From the NCBI GenBank assembly GCA_044070495.1, contig JBIPSI010000014.1, positions 1 to 64,000 of the forward strand: 64,000 nt of DNA, read 5' to 3'. The notes under the pieces were generated by a model. The model was not told the DNA's origin. It searched no databases and was given only the letters and a program-made list of their open reading frames with translations. Source of the DNA: Spirulina sp. (GTDB lineage Bacteria; Cyanobacteriota; Cyanobacteriia; Phormidesmidales; Phormidesmidaceae). A program made the position numbers and the translations under genes. Positions 18,445-29,613 of this stretch are shown one piece after another. How positions within the stretch are numbered: position 1 is the stretch's first letter; every line of letters begins with the position of its first letter.

Positions 18445-19032
18445 GTGGGCCTATTTGAAGACCTCAGTAAGTTTTTGGAAACCCGCCTAGACGAGTTTCT
18501 GCGGGCCAACCCCCACCTGGAACTGCTAGGTTTGGAAGACCAACTGCGGGGCCAAGAACAAGATGCCATCACCCTCCTGGGAGACTTGAAGCGGCGAGAA
18601 CAGCAGCTTAAGGATGACATCTTGGCAACGGCTCAGGAGATCCAAAAATGGCACGAACGCTTGAAAAAAGCCCAGGCCGCTAACCGACCTGACCTGGTGG
18701 CCATGGCGGAGGAACGGCAGGCCACCCTGCTGCGCCAGGGCAATCAATCCTGGGGCCAGATGCAGGGAGTGAACGCCCAGATGGAGCAGACCCGTGCCCT
18801 CCAGCAGCAAATCCATGATCGCCGCCGAGAACTCAAGGCCAAAATGGCTCAACTAGAAGCAGATCAGGCCGCAGCACGGGCCACCAAACAGACCAGTGCT
18901 GGGGAAACGGGCTGGTATCAGTCTCCTTTTCCTCGGTCGGGCCGAGGCGGTGCTGACCCGGTGGAGGATGCCTTTCAGCGCTGGGAAACGGAGCAGGAAC
19001 TAGAAGACCTTAAACGCCGGATGAATCGCTGA
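18445..19032 (+). CDS. TIGR04376-family coiled-coil protein
   Basis: GLFEDLSKFLETRLDEFLRANPHLEL...FQRWETEQELEDLK; GTG start with AGGAG RBS. Confidence 0.8.
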   Translation: MGLFEDLSKFLETRLDEFLRANPHLELLGLEDQLRGQEQDAITLLGDLKRREQQLKDDILATAQEIQKWHERLKKAQAANRPDLVAMAEERQATLLRQGNQSWGQMQGVNAQMEQTRALQQQIHDRRRELKAKMAQLEADQAAARATKQTSAGETGWYQSPFPRSGRGGADPVEDAFQRWETEQELEDLKRRMNR

Positions 19033-19036
19033 TCTG

Positions 19037-20158
19037 TTAGCTTAAAACCGCTTCCCCTAGCCCAGTTGGCCTCTGCATCTGAGCATCGATAGCCCTGAGC
19101 TGGCTGCGCTGATCCACCCAGTCCAGCACCCGATTCCAGGCCCACCAAGGATCAGGATCCTGGGCCAATCGCTGACCAGCGGGGCTGCTGTAGTGGCCCA
19201 CATGGCCACCGTGCTCGGTCACAACTACCTCTAGGTGAGGATTTTGCTGGCCTAGGGCGATCAGATCGGGAATGATGTCGGGGGTGAACAGGGGATCATC
19301 GGCGGCGTAGAGAATTAGGGTTGGCACGGTCAAATCCGCCAAAAAGGGCAGGGGGCAACTGGCGGCATAGTAGTCCTCCACGGTGGCAAAGCCCAGGCGA
19401 GGGATGACCAATTCGTGGTCGAAGCCCCAGATCGTTGTGGCCCGCTGAATGGCGTCGAGGTCAAAGTCTTGGGGATGGTACCGATGAAGCTGGAGGGCGA
19501 GACGGTTGAGTTCCTTGGCAATGGCCCGCTCTAGGTATCGCCCCAGGGGAGCCGCCATTAAGTAGGGCAGGGATCGGTTGGCATCGAGATTGGGGCAGAG
19601 CACCGCCACACCGCCAATGTCCTCCGGTTGCAGTGGCCCACCGTCAGGCAGGTGCATGGCCGCCTTCCCGGCCCACAGCGCCAGTTGCCCACTGAGGGAA
19701 TAGCCCACAAACCAGTAGGGCGGCGGACAGCCGAGGGCCTGGGCCTGGGCGGCGAGGGCGAGGTAATCATCCCCTTCATAGATGCCATCGGAGGTGAGGG
19801 TGGGCGAAAGTTCGGCGGTTTTGCCGTGGGCGCGCCAGTCAAACCGGAGGATGCCGTAGCCTCGGTGGTAGGCTTTGCGGCCCAGAATCTCTAGAAACCA
19901 CTGATTTTCTAGGCTGCCCGTAATGCCGTAGGTGGCGATTAGGGTGCCCTTGGCTTGGGGTGGCACCGCCCACTGGCCGAACAAAGGGACTTCTCCCTGG
20001 CCGCTGAAAACGTGATCGTGATAGGGAACGGTTGGGATCTCCAGAGTGCTGGCCCAGGTGCGTTGGGCCACCAGGGCAATGTAGAGGGTCATCAACAACC
20101 CCGATTTGAGGTACCACGGTGGCAAAAAGGGCACAGCTTGGCAGGAGGAAACAGGCAT
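19037..20158 (-). CDS. YheT-family alpha/beta hydrolase
   Basis: FDWRAHG, GYSLSG nucleophile elbow, ADDP, HGGHVG. Confidence 0.85.
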   Translation of the reverse strand: MPVSSCQAVPFLPPWYLKSGLLMTLYIALVAQRTWASTLEIPTVPYHDHVFSGQGEVPLFGQWAVPPQAKGTLIATYGITGSLENQWFLEILGRKAYHRGYGILRFDWRAHGKTAELSPTLTSDGIYEGDDYLALAAQAQALGCPPPYWFVGYSLSGQLALWAGKAAMHLPDGGPLQPEDIGGVAVLCPNLDANRSLPYLMAAPLGRYLERAIAKELNRLALQLHRYHPQDFDLDAIQRATTIWGFDHELVIPRLGFATVEDYYAASCPLPFLADLTVPTLILYAADDPLFTPDIIPDLIALGQQNPHLEVVVTEHGGHVGHYSSPAGQRLAQDPDPWWAWNRVLDWVDQRSQLRAIDAQMQRPTGLGEAVLS

Positions 20159-20337
20159 GGGCGCACCGCAACAACAGGGGAACTCGTCCAACTTGGACAG
20201 GCTCGGACAGTTCCTTTAGCCTGCCACGATTTGCCGTGGTTTGGGGGCACACCCTACCCTAATCGACGGTGATAGCTGGTCTCAGAGCAGTTTGATCCCG
20301 TCCTTTTGCAAGCACCAAATCGCTTTCAAGCGCCGAA

Positions 20338-21354
20338 TCACAGGTGCAGGCTAGCCTGGAGCAAATGACGGGCCGCCTCGGCGGGGGAGAGTCCGGTAAT
20401 GTCGAACTGGGGGATGGTCTTGCCCCGTCGTTCTAGATCGTGGCGGTAGGTGCGGTCGTAGTAGTCCAAAATAATGGCACAGGCGGATCGCAGATCCCCG
20501 GCCTGGATAAAGTCCACAGCGGCCTGGGTGCGCTGGCCCCCAAGGCGTTTTTGGATGCGCTGGGTGGCGATCACCAACTCCCTAGGGTCGGCCTCGCCGT
20601 AGATGGTTACTAGCAAATCCAGGCGCTCCTCTACGGATCGAGTGACCTCCAGGGTGGGGGCGGCCATCATCTGCAAAAACAACTCATCGGGAATCCGACA
20701 GGTGCCCACCCGCCGACTTTCCGCCTCTAGCCAAATGGGGCGATCTTCGCTGAACCGCACCCACGCCGCCGCCAGCAAATTTTCGTAGTGCTCCGTGGAG
20801 GGTTGGGGGGGCAGCATCAGCGCTCCGTAGCTGCTGCCTCGGTTGTTGGCGAGGTGTTCGAGGTCAATCACGGGTTCGCCTAGGTTGGCTAGTTCCTGCA
20901 AAATCAGAGTTTTCGCGGTGCCCGTCATGCCGCCCAAGATAATCATTGGCTTGGGAGTCAATAAAACCTGGCGCACCCAACGGCGGTAGGCTTTGTAGCC
21001 CCCCTCCAGGGTGTACACCGTAAAGCCTGCCATTTCTAAAATCCAGCCCAGGCCACCGCTACGCATTCCCCCCCGCCAGCAGTGCACCCGCAGGCTACGA
21101 TCCGGCGCGAGGGCCTTGGCTTGGCGAATAAACTCGGCGCACTTTGGCCCAGCGATCTCAAACCCCAGTTCCACCGCTTCGTCGCGCCCCACTTGCTTAT
21201 AGCAGGTGCCCACCTTGGCCCGTTCTTCGTCAGAAAACAGCGGAAAACTCGTCGCGCCAGGAATGTGGCCCTGGTCATACTCGCCGGGGCTACGCACATC
21301 CAAGATGGGGCCAGGGTGCTGAAGAAAATCGTCAATGGGCAAAGGAGTCGGCAT
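20338..21354 (-). CDS. mnmH: tRNA 2-selenouridine synthase
   Basis: Rhodanese DVRSPGEY..GHIPG, CWRGGMRS, GGYKAYR, P-loop GMTGTAKT. Confidence 0.93.
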   Translation of the reverse strand: MPTPLPIDDFLQHPGPILDVRSPGEYDQGHIPGATSFPLFSDEERAKVGTCYKQVGRDEAVELGFEIAGPKCAEFIRQAKALAPDRSLRVHCWRGGMRSGGLGWILEMAGFTVYTLEGGYKAYRRWVRQVLLTPKPMIILGGMTGTAKTLILQELANLGEPVIDLEHLANNRGSSYGALMLPPQPSTEHYENLLAAAWVRFSEDRPIWLEAESRRVGTCRIPDELFLQMMAAPTLEVTRSVEERLDLLVTIYGEADPRELVIATQRIQKRLGGQRTQAAVDFIQAGDLRSACAIILDYYDRTYRHDLERRGKTIPQFDITGLSPAEAARHLLQASLHL

Positions 21355-21479
21355 GGAGTCAGATCATTCGCGAATCATTACAAGGTTGAAGGCAGATCTC
21401 GGTTCCCCATTGTCCGTGCACCCGTCTAAGAGGGCAATATATAGAAGCATCTCGCCCTGTCGATTCTCCCTCTTAACCC

Positions 21480-21929
21480 ATGGTGCCCGAGTCCCTTCCG
21501 TCGTCTCTTTCACAGCCGGTTATCCTAGGTCTGGATCCAGGGCGGCAAAAGTGTGGCCTTGCCATTATGGGGGTTGATCGCATCCTGCGCTACCAGGAGG
21601 TGGTTCCGGTGCCCTCGGTACTGCCTACCATCGAGGGCTTGCGGCAGCGGTTTCCCATTTCCACTATTGTTTTAGGCGACCAAACGGGATCAAAACAGTG
21701 GAAAGCAACCCTAGCCCAACTCGACGATCCCCCCCGTATTATGCTGGTGGATGAACGCTACACCTCCCTCGAAGCGCGGGATCGCTACTGGCAGATGTAT
21801 CCTCCCGCAGGGTTGGCCAGTCTGCTGCCCCAGTCCTTTCGCACTATTCCCCGCCCCATTGACGATATTGTGGCCATTTTGCTGATCGAGCGCTACCTAA
21901 ACCGTCTCACCGAAAAGCCGGAAACCTAG
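21480..21929 (+). CDS. YqgF/RuvX-like RNase H-fold nuclease
   Basis: ILGLDPGRQKCGLA, VDERYTS, IDDIVAILL. Confidence 0.85.
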   Translation: MVPESLPSSLSQPVILGLDPGRQKCGLAIMGVDRILRYQEVVPVPSVLPTIEGLRQRFPISTIVLGDQTGSKQWKATLAQLDDPPRIMLVDERYTSLEARDRYWQMYPPAGLASLLPQSFRTIPRPIDDIVAILLIERYLNRLTEKPET

Positions 21930-22168
21930 CCATCACCCCCTGGTCTGCCCCTAACCCTGGGGCTAACATCAGGACGTTCTCGCCGCCCCTTATCGAAACT
22001 TCACCCTGGATCCACCCTCAGCGAACTTCCCTTAGCCGCATTTGCGAGGGGCCGGTTTAGCGATAGGCTAAGGAGAATCTATCTGCCATCGGCGGCCCCT
22101 TACCGTCGGACAGAATGGAACCGCAGTAGATGGAACCGCAGTAGGACGAGTCGTTAGGATTAATCGCA

Positions 22169-22714
22169 ATGAAACAGCGTGGTGTCACCATTTGGTTTAC
22201 GGGCTTAAGTGGGTCGGGTAAATCCACCATTGCCCGCGCCCTAGAAGCCGAGCTACGGCAGCAGGGCCATGTCCTAGAGGTCTTAGATGGCGACATCGTG
22301 CGGACGAACCTCACCAAAGGCCTAGGCTTTAGCCGCGAAGACCGAGACGAAAATATCCGCCGCATTGGCTTTGTGGCCCACCTACTCACCCGCAATGGGG
22401 TGATTGTGCTGGTGTCGGCCATTTCCCCCTACCGCGACATCCGCGACGAGGTGCGCGAACGCATTGACGACTTTGTCGAAGTCTACGTCGATGCCCCCCT
22501 CGAAGTCTGCGAAGATCGCGATGTGAAGGGCCTCTACAAGCGGGCCAGGGCCGGAGAAATCAAGCAGTTCACAGGCATTGACGATCCCTACGAAGCACCC
22601 CTCACCCCCGAAGTGCATTGCCACACCGACGCCGAAACCGTGGAAGACAGCGTCGCCAAGGTAATGGCCAAACTGGTGGAACTGGGCTATCTACCCCAGC
22701 CCGCCGTGGTTTAG
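22169..22714 (+). CDS. cysC: Adenylyl-sulfate kinase
   Basis: [32 protein letters not shown]. Confidence 0.97.
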   Translation: MKQRGVTIWFTGLSGSGKSTIARALEAELRQQGHVLEVLDGDIVRTNLTKGLGFSREDRDENIRRIGFVAHLLTRNGVIVLVSAISPYRDIRDEVRERIDDFVEVYVDAPLEVCEDRDVKGLYKRARAGEIKQFTGIDDPYEAPLTPEVHCHTDAETVEDSVAKVMAKLVELGYLPQPAVV

Positions 22715-22716
22715 TT

Positions 22717-23586
22717 CTACAGCAGGGCAACGGCCATGCGTACCGAGGTTTGCAGGGTTTGCTGGGGGGCAATTCGCAGCAAACTGTCGCCGCTGTTCAT
22801 GGCATTGCGGGGGCCAGTCCAGGGTTCCAGGCAGTAGTAGTCTTTGCCCTGCACCGTCCAAAACACCAGTCGGGTGTAAGCCTCACTCCAGGAAAGAGTG
22901 AGGCGTCGGCGCAGGTGGCGGTCGGTGACGGTAGCGGCCTGCGCGGTTAGGTTTTGGAAGGCTAGGTCAATTTCGGGTTGGCTGAAATCAAAACTTCCCT
23001 CAAAGGATTCCACCTGTCCGGTCAGATGGTTTTGGAACTGGGTAGCGGGAATTTCAAACTCAAGCTGGCTTTTGTCGCTAACCAAGAAGTAGGGATGCAG
23101 CCCCGTTGAAAAGGGCATAGCCTGATCCGAAAGGTTAGTAAACCGTTGCCGTAGCTCCAGCCGATGGCCACACAGCACAAAGGTAAAGGACAGCTTGAAC
23201 GCAAAGGGATATTGAGCCAGGGTGGTGGCGGAACTCTCTAGTTCTAGGGTGAGGCTGGCAGCGTCGGTGGTAGCCTGGTCGGTGGCTTGCCAGGGCAGGT
23301 CACGGGCAAAGCCGTGCTGTTTGAGGGCGTAGGTCTGACCGTCGATCTGGTATTGGTTATCGGGCAGGTTGCCGCAGATGGGGAACAGGATAGGAATCCC
23401 CCCCCGCACCGAGAGCGTAGGGTCGGCAAAGCGGGCTTCGTCGAAATACAGAATGTCCTGACCTTCCACCTGCCAGCGGGTGGAAATGCCGCCGCGATGG
23501 GGCACCAGTTCCAACTGGGACGAGGTTTCCAGATCCGATAACAAGTACGTCGGCGTAGGGCCAGCTTTTAGGGCAACGGCAAACAC
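22717..23586 (-). CDS. Aldose 1-epimerase family protein
   Basis: RGGIPILFP, QHGFAR, GLHPYF, CLEPW; GTG start at 23586 behind GAGG. Confidence 0.9.
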   Translation of the reverse strand: MFAVALKAGPTPTYLLSDLETSSQLELVPHRGGISTRWQVEGQDILYFDEARFADPTLSVRGGIPILFPICGNLPDNQYQIDGQTYALKQHGFARDLPWQATDQATTDAASLTLELESSATTLAQYPFAFKLSFTFVLCGHRLELRQRFTNLSDQAMPFSTGLHPYFLVSDKSQLEFEIPATQFQNHLTGQVESFEGSFDFSQPEIDLAFQNLTAQAATVTDRHLRRRLTLSWSEAYTRLVFWTVQGKDYYCLEPWTGPRNAMNSGDSLLRIAPQQTLQTSVRMAVALL

Positions 23587-23674
23587 AGAACACCTCAAAA
23601 CCTCAATGCCTAGACGTTACCACAGCCTAGGGCTATCCATCGTTTAGGGCGGATTAAGACGACCCATGGGCTAA

Positions 23675-24190
23675 CTAGCGTTGTAACCAATAATTTTGAA
23701 GGGCTTGCTCAATCATGGGCCGCTGAAATTCGTCCTGGGTGGCCTTGTATTCTAAGTAAGCGACAATGGCCGCTGCTTGGGATGGGCTAAACATGGCGAA
23801 TTTGTGCTGTTTTTCAGTAAACCAGGTTCGATCTCCATAGCGGCGTGGATTGATGGGTTGGCAACCATAGACATCATCTAGACCAAAGCACAGGTGAAAT
23901 ACTGGATCAACCATGCGTAGTTTTTGATCCAAATCAGCGATGAGATAGGCAGGTAGATAGAATCGAAACGCCTCATCAGAGAAGAAGCTGAGGGCCGACC
24001 CATAGCCATCGGGAGCCTGATCGAGAAAGGTGGCATCCAACGTTTGCCAGGTACTTTTCCCTTTAAATTCATTTTCCAAAAGATAGGGTTCTCTCCCCTC
24101 ATAGCTGCCCTTTAAACACCAGTCACCAGGATATTCAACGTTATAAAAAGCGTCACGAATCATCTGTTTTAGTGACGCAGACTCCGTCAT
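23675..24190 (-). CDS. Hypothetical protein (DUF6714-like)
   Basis: IRDAF..V.YPG...W..L...LSFFSDEAFRFYLPAYL pattern; lower GC than neighbours. Confidence 0.65.
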   Translation of the reverse strand: MTESASLKQMIRDAFYNVEYPGDWCLKGSYEGREPYLLENEFKGKSTWQTLDATFLDQAPDGYGSALSFFSDEAFRFYLPAYLIADLDQKLRMVDPVFHLCFGLDDVYGCQPINPRRYGDRTWFTEKQHKFAMFSPSQAAAIVAYLEYKATQDEFQRPMIEQALQNYWLQR

Positions 24191-24235
24191 TATTGCGCAA
24201 TTTTGTGATGTTCTAATCAGTGACCAGGGGCGATT

Positions 24236-24646
24236 TTAATCCATCGAATGAGTTGACTTTGGATCACCATTAGCGTTGTCTAGTTCAGGCCCTATCTCCA
24301 CATCAGAAACCTCATCCAGCGCTAGGGAAAGCTGTTCGTGGTTGTCGTCATCGGCAGACGGGGTAGGTTCTTCTACCGGGGTTTCTTCGGCGGCGGGTTC
24401 TTCCTTTTCTAGCCAGGGGGAATCGAAGTGGTGCCAGGGCAAGATGGGATCGTTGGGTAAGCTTTCGGTAAGTACCGTGATGTTGTTGGTATCGGGTTTG
24501 GGCAAAGCAACACGCTTTTCGGTCACGGCATCGCCAGACTCATTGCCCCCTTGACTGGATTCGGCGGATTCCGCAGCTAAGGAGTCGGCCTGGGCAGAAA
24601 CACTCTCAGAGGCTCGGTGGCTGTCTATCAGGTCAGAGGAGGCCAT
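24236..24646 (-). CDS. Acidic, probably disordered hypothetical protein
   Basis: Open frame between co-oriented genes; LPNDPILPWHHFDSPW core. Confidence 0.6.
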   Translation of the reverse strand: MASSDLIDSHRASESVSAQADSLAAESAESSQGGNESGDAVTEKRVALPKPDTNNITVLTESLPNDPILPWHHFDSPWLEKEEPAAEETPVEEPTPSADDDNHEQLSLALDEVSDVEIGPELDNANGDPKSTHSMD

Positions 24647-24678
24647 AGGCAAGACCCTAAATCAATAACGATAACGCC

Positions 24679-25632
24679 CTAGAGCATCGGTGCTTGTAAA
24701 CTTTTGGTGATATAGACCACAACGATGTTGATCAGCATAATAGCAGTTGTTGCCCAGATGGTATAGGCGGCGTATTTTAAGCCTTGGGAAACATCCTCTA
24801 GGCGCTGTTTGTTAGCGTTGTAGGTTTCCGCCAAATTCACCAACATTTGCAGTTGATAATCTTGGGAGCTCAGAGCAAGGTAGCGCTCTAAAAATGTGCT
24901 GTCTTCTAAATTGGGTGTAACGGCTACTTGGCGAGGTAAAAAGGCCCGCATTAGCAGAGAAAAACTGATTAAAAACCCAAAGATTTCCGCCAAGCTAAAC
25001 AAATTTCCACTCACCAATAGGCGAGAAATACTGAGGCTGGTAAGTAGCGCACTGTTGGCCACAAACAGAATATTCAGCTTGGTGGTGAGGATTTGGCTTT
25101 GCTCGTTTTGTTCCCGCAGCACCGTGCGCACATCCTGGGTGGCCAGCCCTAGGGTGACGGGGGAAATGTCGGTGGGTTCCGGCTCCGGCTCGTCCACGGG
25201 CAGGGTGAGCTGTACTTCGGTGGGAACTTCCATCGGTGCCGCCTTCTCTGGGACGGGCGGATCGACGAGGGCCTGCGCTTGATCCCTTTGGTCTAAGGAT
25301 ATCGGCTCCAAGGGCATCGGCGCAGTGGAGCGAAGCGCTGGGGTGGCGGGCGCGGCGGATGCGGATGCGGGGGAGAGGGGGTTCGGGAAAATCGAGAAAC
25401 GGGTGCGACGGCCTGAAGCGAGGTTGGGCACCCAAGCTGTAGTAAGCATATTGACCATGGCGGGTGGGGTTCCATGAACCGCTATTCCAATGGTAGTGGG
25501 GATTTTGGCGATTGAGTATGGTGTTTTTGCGCGATCTATGAAGTCTTTGCCAATCTGGTCTGTGATCCCTAGGGGCCGCAGGTCTTTTCTAGGCAGACGG
25601 TTGCCCAAACCTGGGGATTCTGCGGGCGGCAA
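24679..25632 (-). CDS. Hypothetical membrane protein with about 3 TM segments (start uncertain, probably downstream of 25632)
   Basis: Pro-rich N-terminal region then hydrophobic helices ([10 protein letters not shown]..., AFLPR, LKYAAY...). Confidence 0.7.
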   Translation of the reverse strand: MPPAESPGLGNRLPRKDLRPLGITDQIGKDFIDRAKTPYSIAKIPTTIGIAVHGTPPAMVNMLTTAWVPNLASGRRTRFSIFPNPLSPASASAAPATPALRSTAPMPLEPISLDQRDQAQALVDPPVPEKAAPMEVPTEVQLTLPVDEPEPEPTDISPVTLGLATQDVRTVLREQNEQSQILTTKLNILFVANSALLTSLSISRLLVSGNLFSLAEIFGFLISFSLLMRAFLPRQVAVTPNLEDSTFLERYLALSSQDYQLQMLVNLAETYNANKQRLEDVSQGLKYAAYTIWATTAIMLINIVVVYITKSLQAPML

Positions 25633-25722
25633 AGGGTTAGAATATTTGGGCTATTAAGCGCCATACTGTGCCAAATTTCCGGCACCGAACTTCCCGCACC
25701 GAATTTACTGACAGTCCCTACC

Positions 25723-28164
25723 ATGCGTATTTCTCTGAACTGGTTGAATGACCTCGTGAGCGTTGACCTCACCCCGGAGGCACTGGCCGAAGCGCTGACC
25801 ATGGCAGGGTTTGAGGTGGAAGACATTGAAGATCGCCGCACCTGGGCCGATGGTGTGGTGGTGGGCCGGGTGCTAGAGCGCGTGTCTCACCCCGATGCCG
25901 AAAAGCTGAGCGTTTGCACCGTGGACATTGGCGCGGCAGAACCCTCGACTATCGTTTGCGGCGCGGCCAATGTGCGGGCGGATATTTACGTCGCTGTAGC
26001 CACGGTCAACACCTACTTGCCCCAGGTGGATCTCACCATCAAGCCCCGCCAACTGCGCGGTGTGCCCTCGGCGGGGATGATCTGCTCCCTGTCGGAACTG
26101 GGGCTAGAGAAGGATTCCGAAGGCATCCACATTTTTGATCCAGCCGATCTGACCGTGGGCCAAGACGTGCGGCCTCTGTTGGGGCTAGACGACGTGATTT
26201 TGGATGTCACCTCCACCGCCAACCGCGCCGACGCCCTCAGTATGGTGGGTTTGGCCCGTGAGGTGTCCGCCATCACCGGGGCACCGCTGCACCTGCCTCC
26301 CACAAAAGATCCCACCTTCACCAACCCCAAAGCCGCTGTAGCCATTGACCTCCCGGACGAAAAAGCTTGCCCCATCTACATCGGCACCGTTCTAGAGGGC
26401 ATCGACCTTGGCCCCTCGCCCCAGTGGCTCCAGGCGCGGCTTCAGGCGGCGGGTACTCGGCCCATTAATAACGTGGTAGACATTACCAACTACGTGCTGC
26501 TGGAATGGGGCCAACCCCTCCACGCCTTCGACCGCGATCAACTGGCCAAGCTGGGCAGCGGCGATCTCACCCTAGGGGTACGCTACGCCCGTCCCGATGA
26601 AACCCTGGTGACCCTAGACAGCCAAAAACGTACCCTGGCCCCCGAAACCCTGGTGATTACGGCCCACGATACCCCGGTGGCCCTGGCGGGGGTGATGGGC
26701 GGCGAAGATACCGAAGTCAGCGACGGGACTCAGGCTGTGGTGCTGGAAGCGGCTTACTTTGATGCGGCGGTGATTCGCAAATCGGCCCGCAGCCAGGGTC
26801 TTCGCACCGAAGCCTCGGCCCGCTACGAACGGGGAGTGAATCCGGCGGAACTGTCCCTGGCCTGTCAACGCGCCCTCAACCTGATGGTGGAACTAGCGGG
26901 GGCCACGGTAGTCTCCCAAACCACGGCCACCACCGCCCTCGGCCAAGCCATTCCCGAACGCACCCTAGAACTGCGGCTAGAGCGCGTCCATCACCTGCTG
27001 GGGCCAGTGGTGAACCTGGGGCCAGAACCTGCCCCCCTGCCAGCGGACAACGTGAAAACCCTGCTGGAAACCCTAGGCTGCACGGTCACGTCCACCAAAA
27101 CCGAGGGCGTGTGGTCGGTGACGGTGCCCCCCTACCGTTACCGGGATTTGGAGCGGGAGGTGGATCTGATTGAAGAAGTGGCCCGCCTCTACGGCTACAA
27201 CCACTTTGCCGACACCCTACCCCAGGGCGCGGTGGGCGGAATGCTCTCCCCCCAAGCGGCCCTAGCGCGGCGAGTGCGGGAAGCCTTCCGGGGGGCAGGA
27301 TTAACGGAACTGCTGCACTATTCCCTCACCAAGCCCATCTCCGAGCGGCAGGTGGTGCTGGCCAATCCCCTATTCCCGGAATATTCCGCCTTGCGTCAGG
27401 ATTTGGTCGATGGCTTAATCGACGCCTACGAACTCAACCTCAACCAGGGCAACGGCCCCCTAAATGGCTTTGAACTGGGCAATATCTTCTGGCAAGACGA
27501 CCAGGGCATCCACGAAGCCAAGGCGGTGGGCGGCATCCTGGGCGGCGACGGACGCTCCACCCAGTGGGTAAACAGCGGCCAAGAACAACCCCTCACCTGG
27601 TACGAGGCCAAGGGCATTCTGGATACCGTGTTCCAACGCCTCGGCCTCGCGGTAGATTACCGAGCCGATAGCCAAGATCCCCGCTTCCACCCTGGGCGCA
27701 CCGCCTCCCTGTGGGTGCGGGGGCGGCTAGAACTGGGGCGCTTTGGCCAACTGCATCCCCAACTGCGGCAACAGCGGGAACTGCCTGAGGAGGTCTATGT
27801 CTTCCAGCTCAACTGGTCGGCATTGGAACTCTGCCTGCTGTCCAGCCAGCAAAAGGCCGTGAAATTTGCGGCCTATTCCCCCTTCCCCGCCAGCGACCGG
27901 GATTTGGCCTTCTACGCGCCGCTGGATTTGGCGGTGTCTGCCCTAGAGGCCACGATGAAAAAGGCGGGGGGCAAACTGCTGGAATCCGTCGCCCTGTTTG
28001 ATGACTATCGCGGCACCTCCGTCCCCGAAGGACAGCGCAGTTTGGCCTTCCGACTGGTGTACCGCTCGCCCGATCAAACCCTCACCGATGAGGTCGTCGA
28101 TCCGGTACATCAAAAGGTACGCGCTGCCCTCGAAAAGCAGTTCAAGGTCACCCTACGCAGCTAA
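25723..28164 (+). CDS. pheT: Phenylalanine-tRNA ligase beta subunit
   Basis: [49 protein letters not shown]. Confidence 0.97.
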   Translation: MRISLNWLNDLVSVDLTPEALAEALTMAGFEVEDIEDRRTWADGVVVGRVLERVSHPDAEKLSVCTVDIGAAEPSTIVCGAANVRADIYVAVATVNTYLPQVDLTIKPRQLRGVPSAGMICSLSELGLEKDSEGIHIFDPADLTVGQDVRPLLGLDDVILDVTSTANRADALSMVGLAREVSAITGAPLHLPPTKDPTFTNPKAAVAIDLPDEKACPIYIGTVLEGIDLGPSPQWLQARLQAAGTRPINNVVDITNYVLLEWGQPLHAFDRDQLAKLGSGDLTLGVRYARPDETLVTLDSQKRTLAPETLVITAHDTPVALAGVMGGEDTEVSDGTQAVVLEAAYFDAAVIRKSARSQGLRTEASARYERGVNPAELSLACQRALNLMVELAGATVVSQTTATTALGQAIPERTLELRLERVHHLLGPVVNLGPEPAPLPADNVKTLLETLGCTVTSTKTEGVWSVTVPPYRYRDLEREVDLIEEVARLYGYNHFADTLPQGAVGGMLSPQAALARRVREAFRGAGLTELLHYSLTKPISERQVVLANPLFPEYSALRQDLVDGLIDAYELNLNQGNGPLNGFELGNIFWQDDQGIHEAKAVGGILGGDGRSTQWVNSGQEQPLTWYEAKGILDTVFQRLGLAVDYRADSQDPRFHPGRTASLWVRGRLELGRFGQLHPQLRQQRELPEEVYVFQLNWSALELCLLSSQQKAVKFAAYSPFPASDRDLAFYAPLDLAVSALEATMKKAGGKLLESVALFDDYRGTSVPEGQRSLAFRLVYRSPDQTLTDEVVDPVHQKVRAALEKQFKVTLRS

Positions 28165-28210
28165 GGCTAGGGTGTCTATGGATTCTGCTGCTCCGGACAA
28201 GTTCCTGGGA

Positions 28211-28319
28211 GATCCCCCTAAATCCCCCTTGTTAAGGGGGACTTTGAATCCGATTCCCCCCCTATTAACGGAGGCTTTGAATCCGATTCCCCCCTTGCTA
28301 AGGGGGGCTAGGGGGGATC
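28211..28319. repeat. Cyanobacterial small dispersed palindromic repeat (GATCCCCCTAAATCCCCCTT family)
   Basis: Terminal GATCCCCC/GGGGGATC with internal hairpins; second copy 45706-45802, half copy about 37782-37813; supplies the xseA stop codon. Confidence 0.85.
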
Positions 28320-29558
28320 AATGGAATCCATAACGTCGATCACCTGAACCGAAACCTGCCCCTGGGCAAGCTGTACCTGAAGGGTTTGGCCTGGGTGTAG
28401 GGTGTTGGCCTGGGTCACCAATTGTCCGGCCTCGTCCTTTACCAGGGCATAGCCACGACGGACGACGGTATCGGGGTCAAGGGTCATCAGGTGGGCGCGG
28501 AGGGCTTGGCAGCGTTCCGTGGCGCGGCGCAGTTCCACCTGAACCCCTTGGGTGAGGCGACGCTTGATTTGCTCAAGTCTGTCCTGCTGCTGTTCGATGC
28601 GGTGATCTAGCCGCAGCCGTTGCAGCCGTTGCCCCAGATGGTGGAGGTCGTCCTGGGCGAGGGCGAGGGCTTCTGTTACCAAGTCCTGAACCTGAGTGAC
28701 CCGCTGAAGGTGTGCGGCTTCCAGGTCGGCCAGGGCGGGGACGGCGGCGAGGGCGGCAGCCGTGGGGGTATGGGCACAGAGGTCGGCGGCCAGATCCGCC
28801 AGGGATTCGTCCCGCTGGTGGCCGATGCCAGTGACCACCGGGATAGGACAGTCGGCCACCGCCCGCACCACGCGCTCATCGTCGAAGCAGTCGAGGTCTT
28901 CGCTGGCCCCACCCCCCCGCGCCAAAATCACCACCTCGGCCCGACCATCCCGCGCCACCCGTTCTAGGGCCGCCACAATGGAATTGGGGGCGCTGTCTCC
29001 CTGCACAATGGCGGGGGAAAAGATCACCCGCAGGCCCGGATGATGCTGACGCAGAGATCGCTGAATATCCCCCCAGGCGGCGGCTTGGGGCGACGACACC
29101 ACCGCAATGGTTTGGGGCAGGGCGGGCAGGGGGCGTTTGTATTGTGGGTCAAACAGGCCCTCCGCCTCAAGGCGCTGTTTGAGCTGGCGCAGGCGCAGGG
29201 CTTTGAGGCCATCCCCCGTGGGCAGCACTTGCCACACGGTAATTTGGTAGCTGCTGCGCTGGGGGTAGACCTTTACCGTACCCAAGACCGCCACCTGCTC
29301 CCCCACCTTGGGCAGGGCGCTCAGCTTGGCAAACTGGCTACGCCACGCCACACAGCTAATGGTGGCATTTCCATCCAAATCCGCGAGGTTAAAAAACAGG
29401 CCCTTGCTGTGGTTGTTGGCGCTGGATACCTCCCCCACCACCCACACCTGGCGCAGGCGGCTATCTTCTTCTAGTAGCGCTTTGATGTAGTCCACCAATC
29501 CGCCCACACTGAGGGGGGCCGGAGCTTGTTGGGTCAGGGTAGAAGAGGTAAGCGCCAT
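28308..29558 (-). CDS. xseA: Exodeoxyribonuclease VII large subunit
   Basis: WVVGEVS, LEAEGLFD, ARGGG.SEDL, GIGHQRD, TPTAAA, RRGYA. Confidence 0.95.
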   Translation of the reverse strand: MALTSSTLTQQAPAPLSVGGLVDYIKALLEEDSRLRQVWVVGEVSSANNHSKGLFFNLADLDGNATISCVAWRSQFAKLSALPKVGEQVAVLGTVKVYPQRSSYQITVWQVLPTGDGLKALRLRQLKQRLEAEGLFDPQYKRPLPALPQTIAVVSSPQAAAWGDIQRSLRQHHPGLRVIFSPAIVQGDSAPNSIVAALERVARDGRAEVVILARGGGASEDLDCFDDERVVRAVADCPIPVVTGIGHQRDESLADLAADLCAHTPTAAALAAVPALADLEAAHLQRVTQVQDLVTEALALAQDDLHHLGQRLQRLRLDHRIEQQQDRLEQIKRRLTQGVQVELRRATERCQALRAHLMTLDPDTVVRRGYALVKDEAGQLVTQANTLHPGQTLQVQLAQGQVSVQVIDVMDSIDPP

Positions 29559-29613
29559 GGGAAGAAGACGGCTATGGGGCAAGGAAGTTAGCTACTGAGG
29601 TTATCTAGATTAT

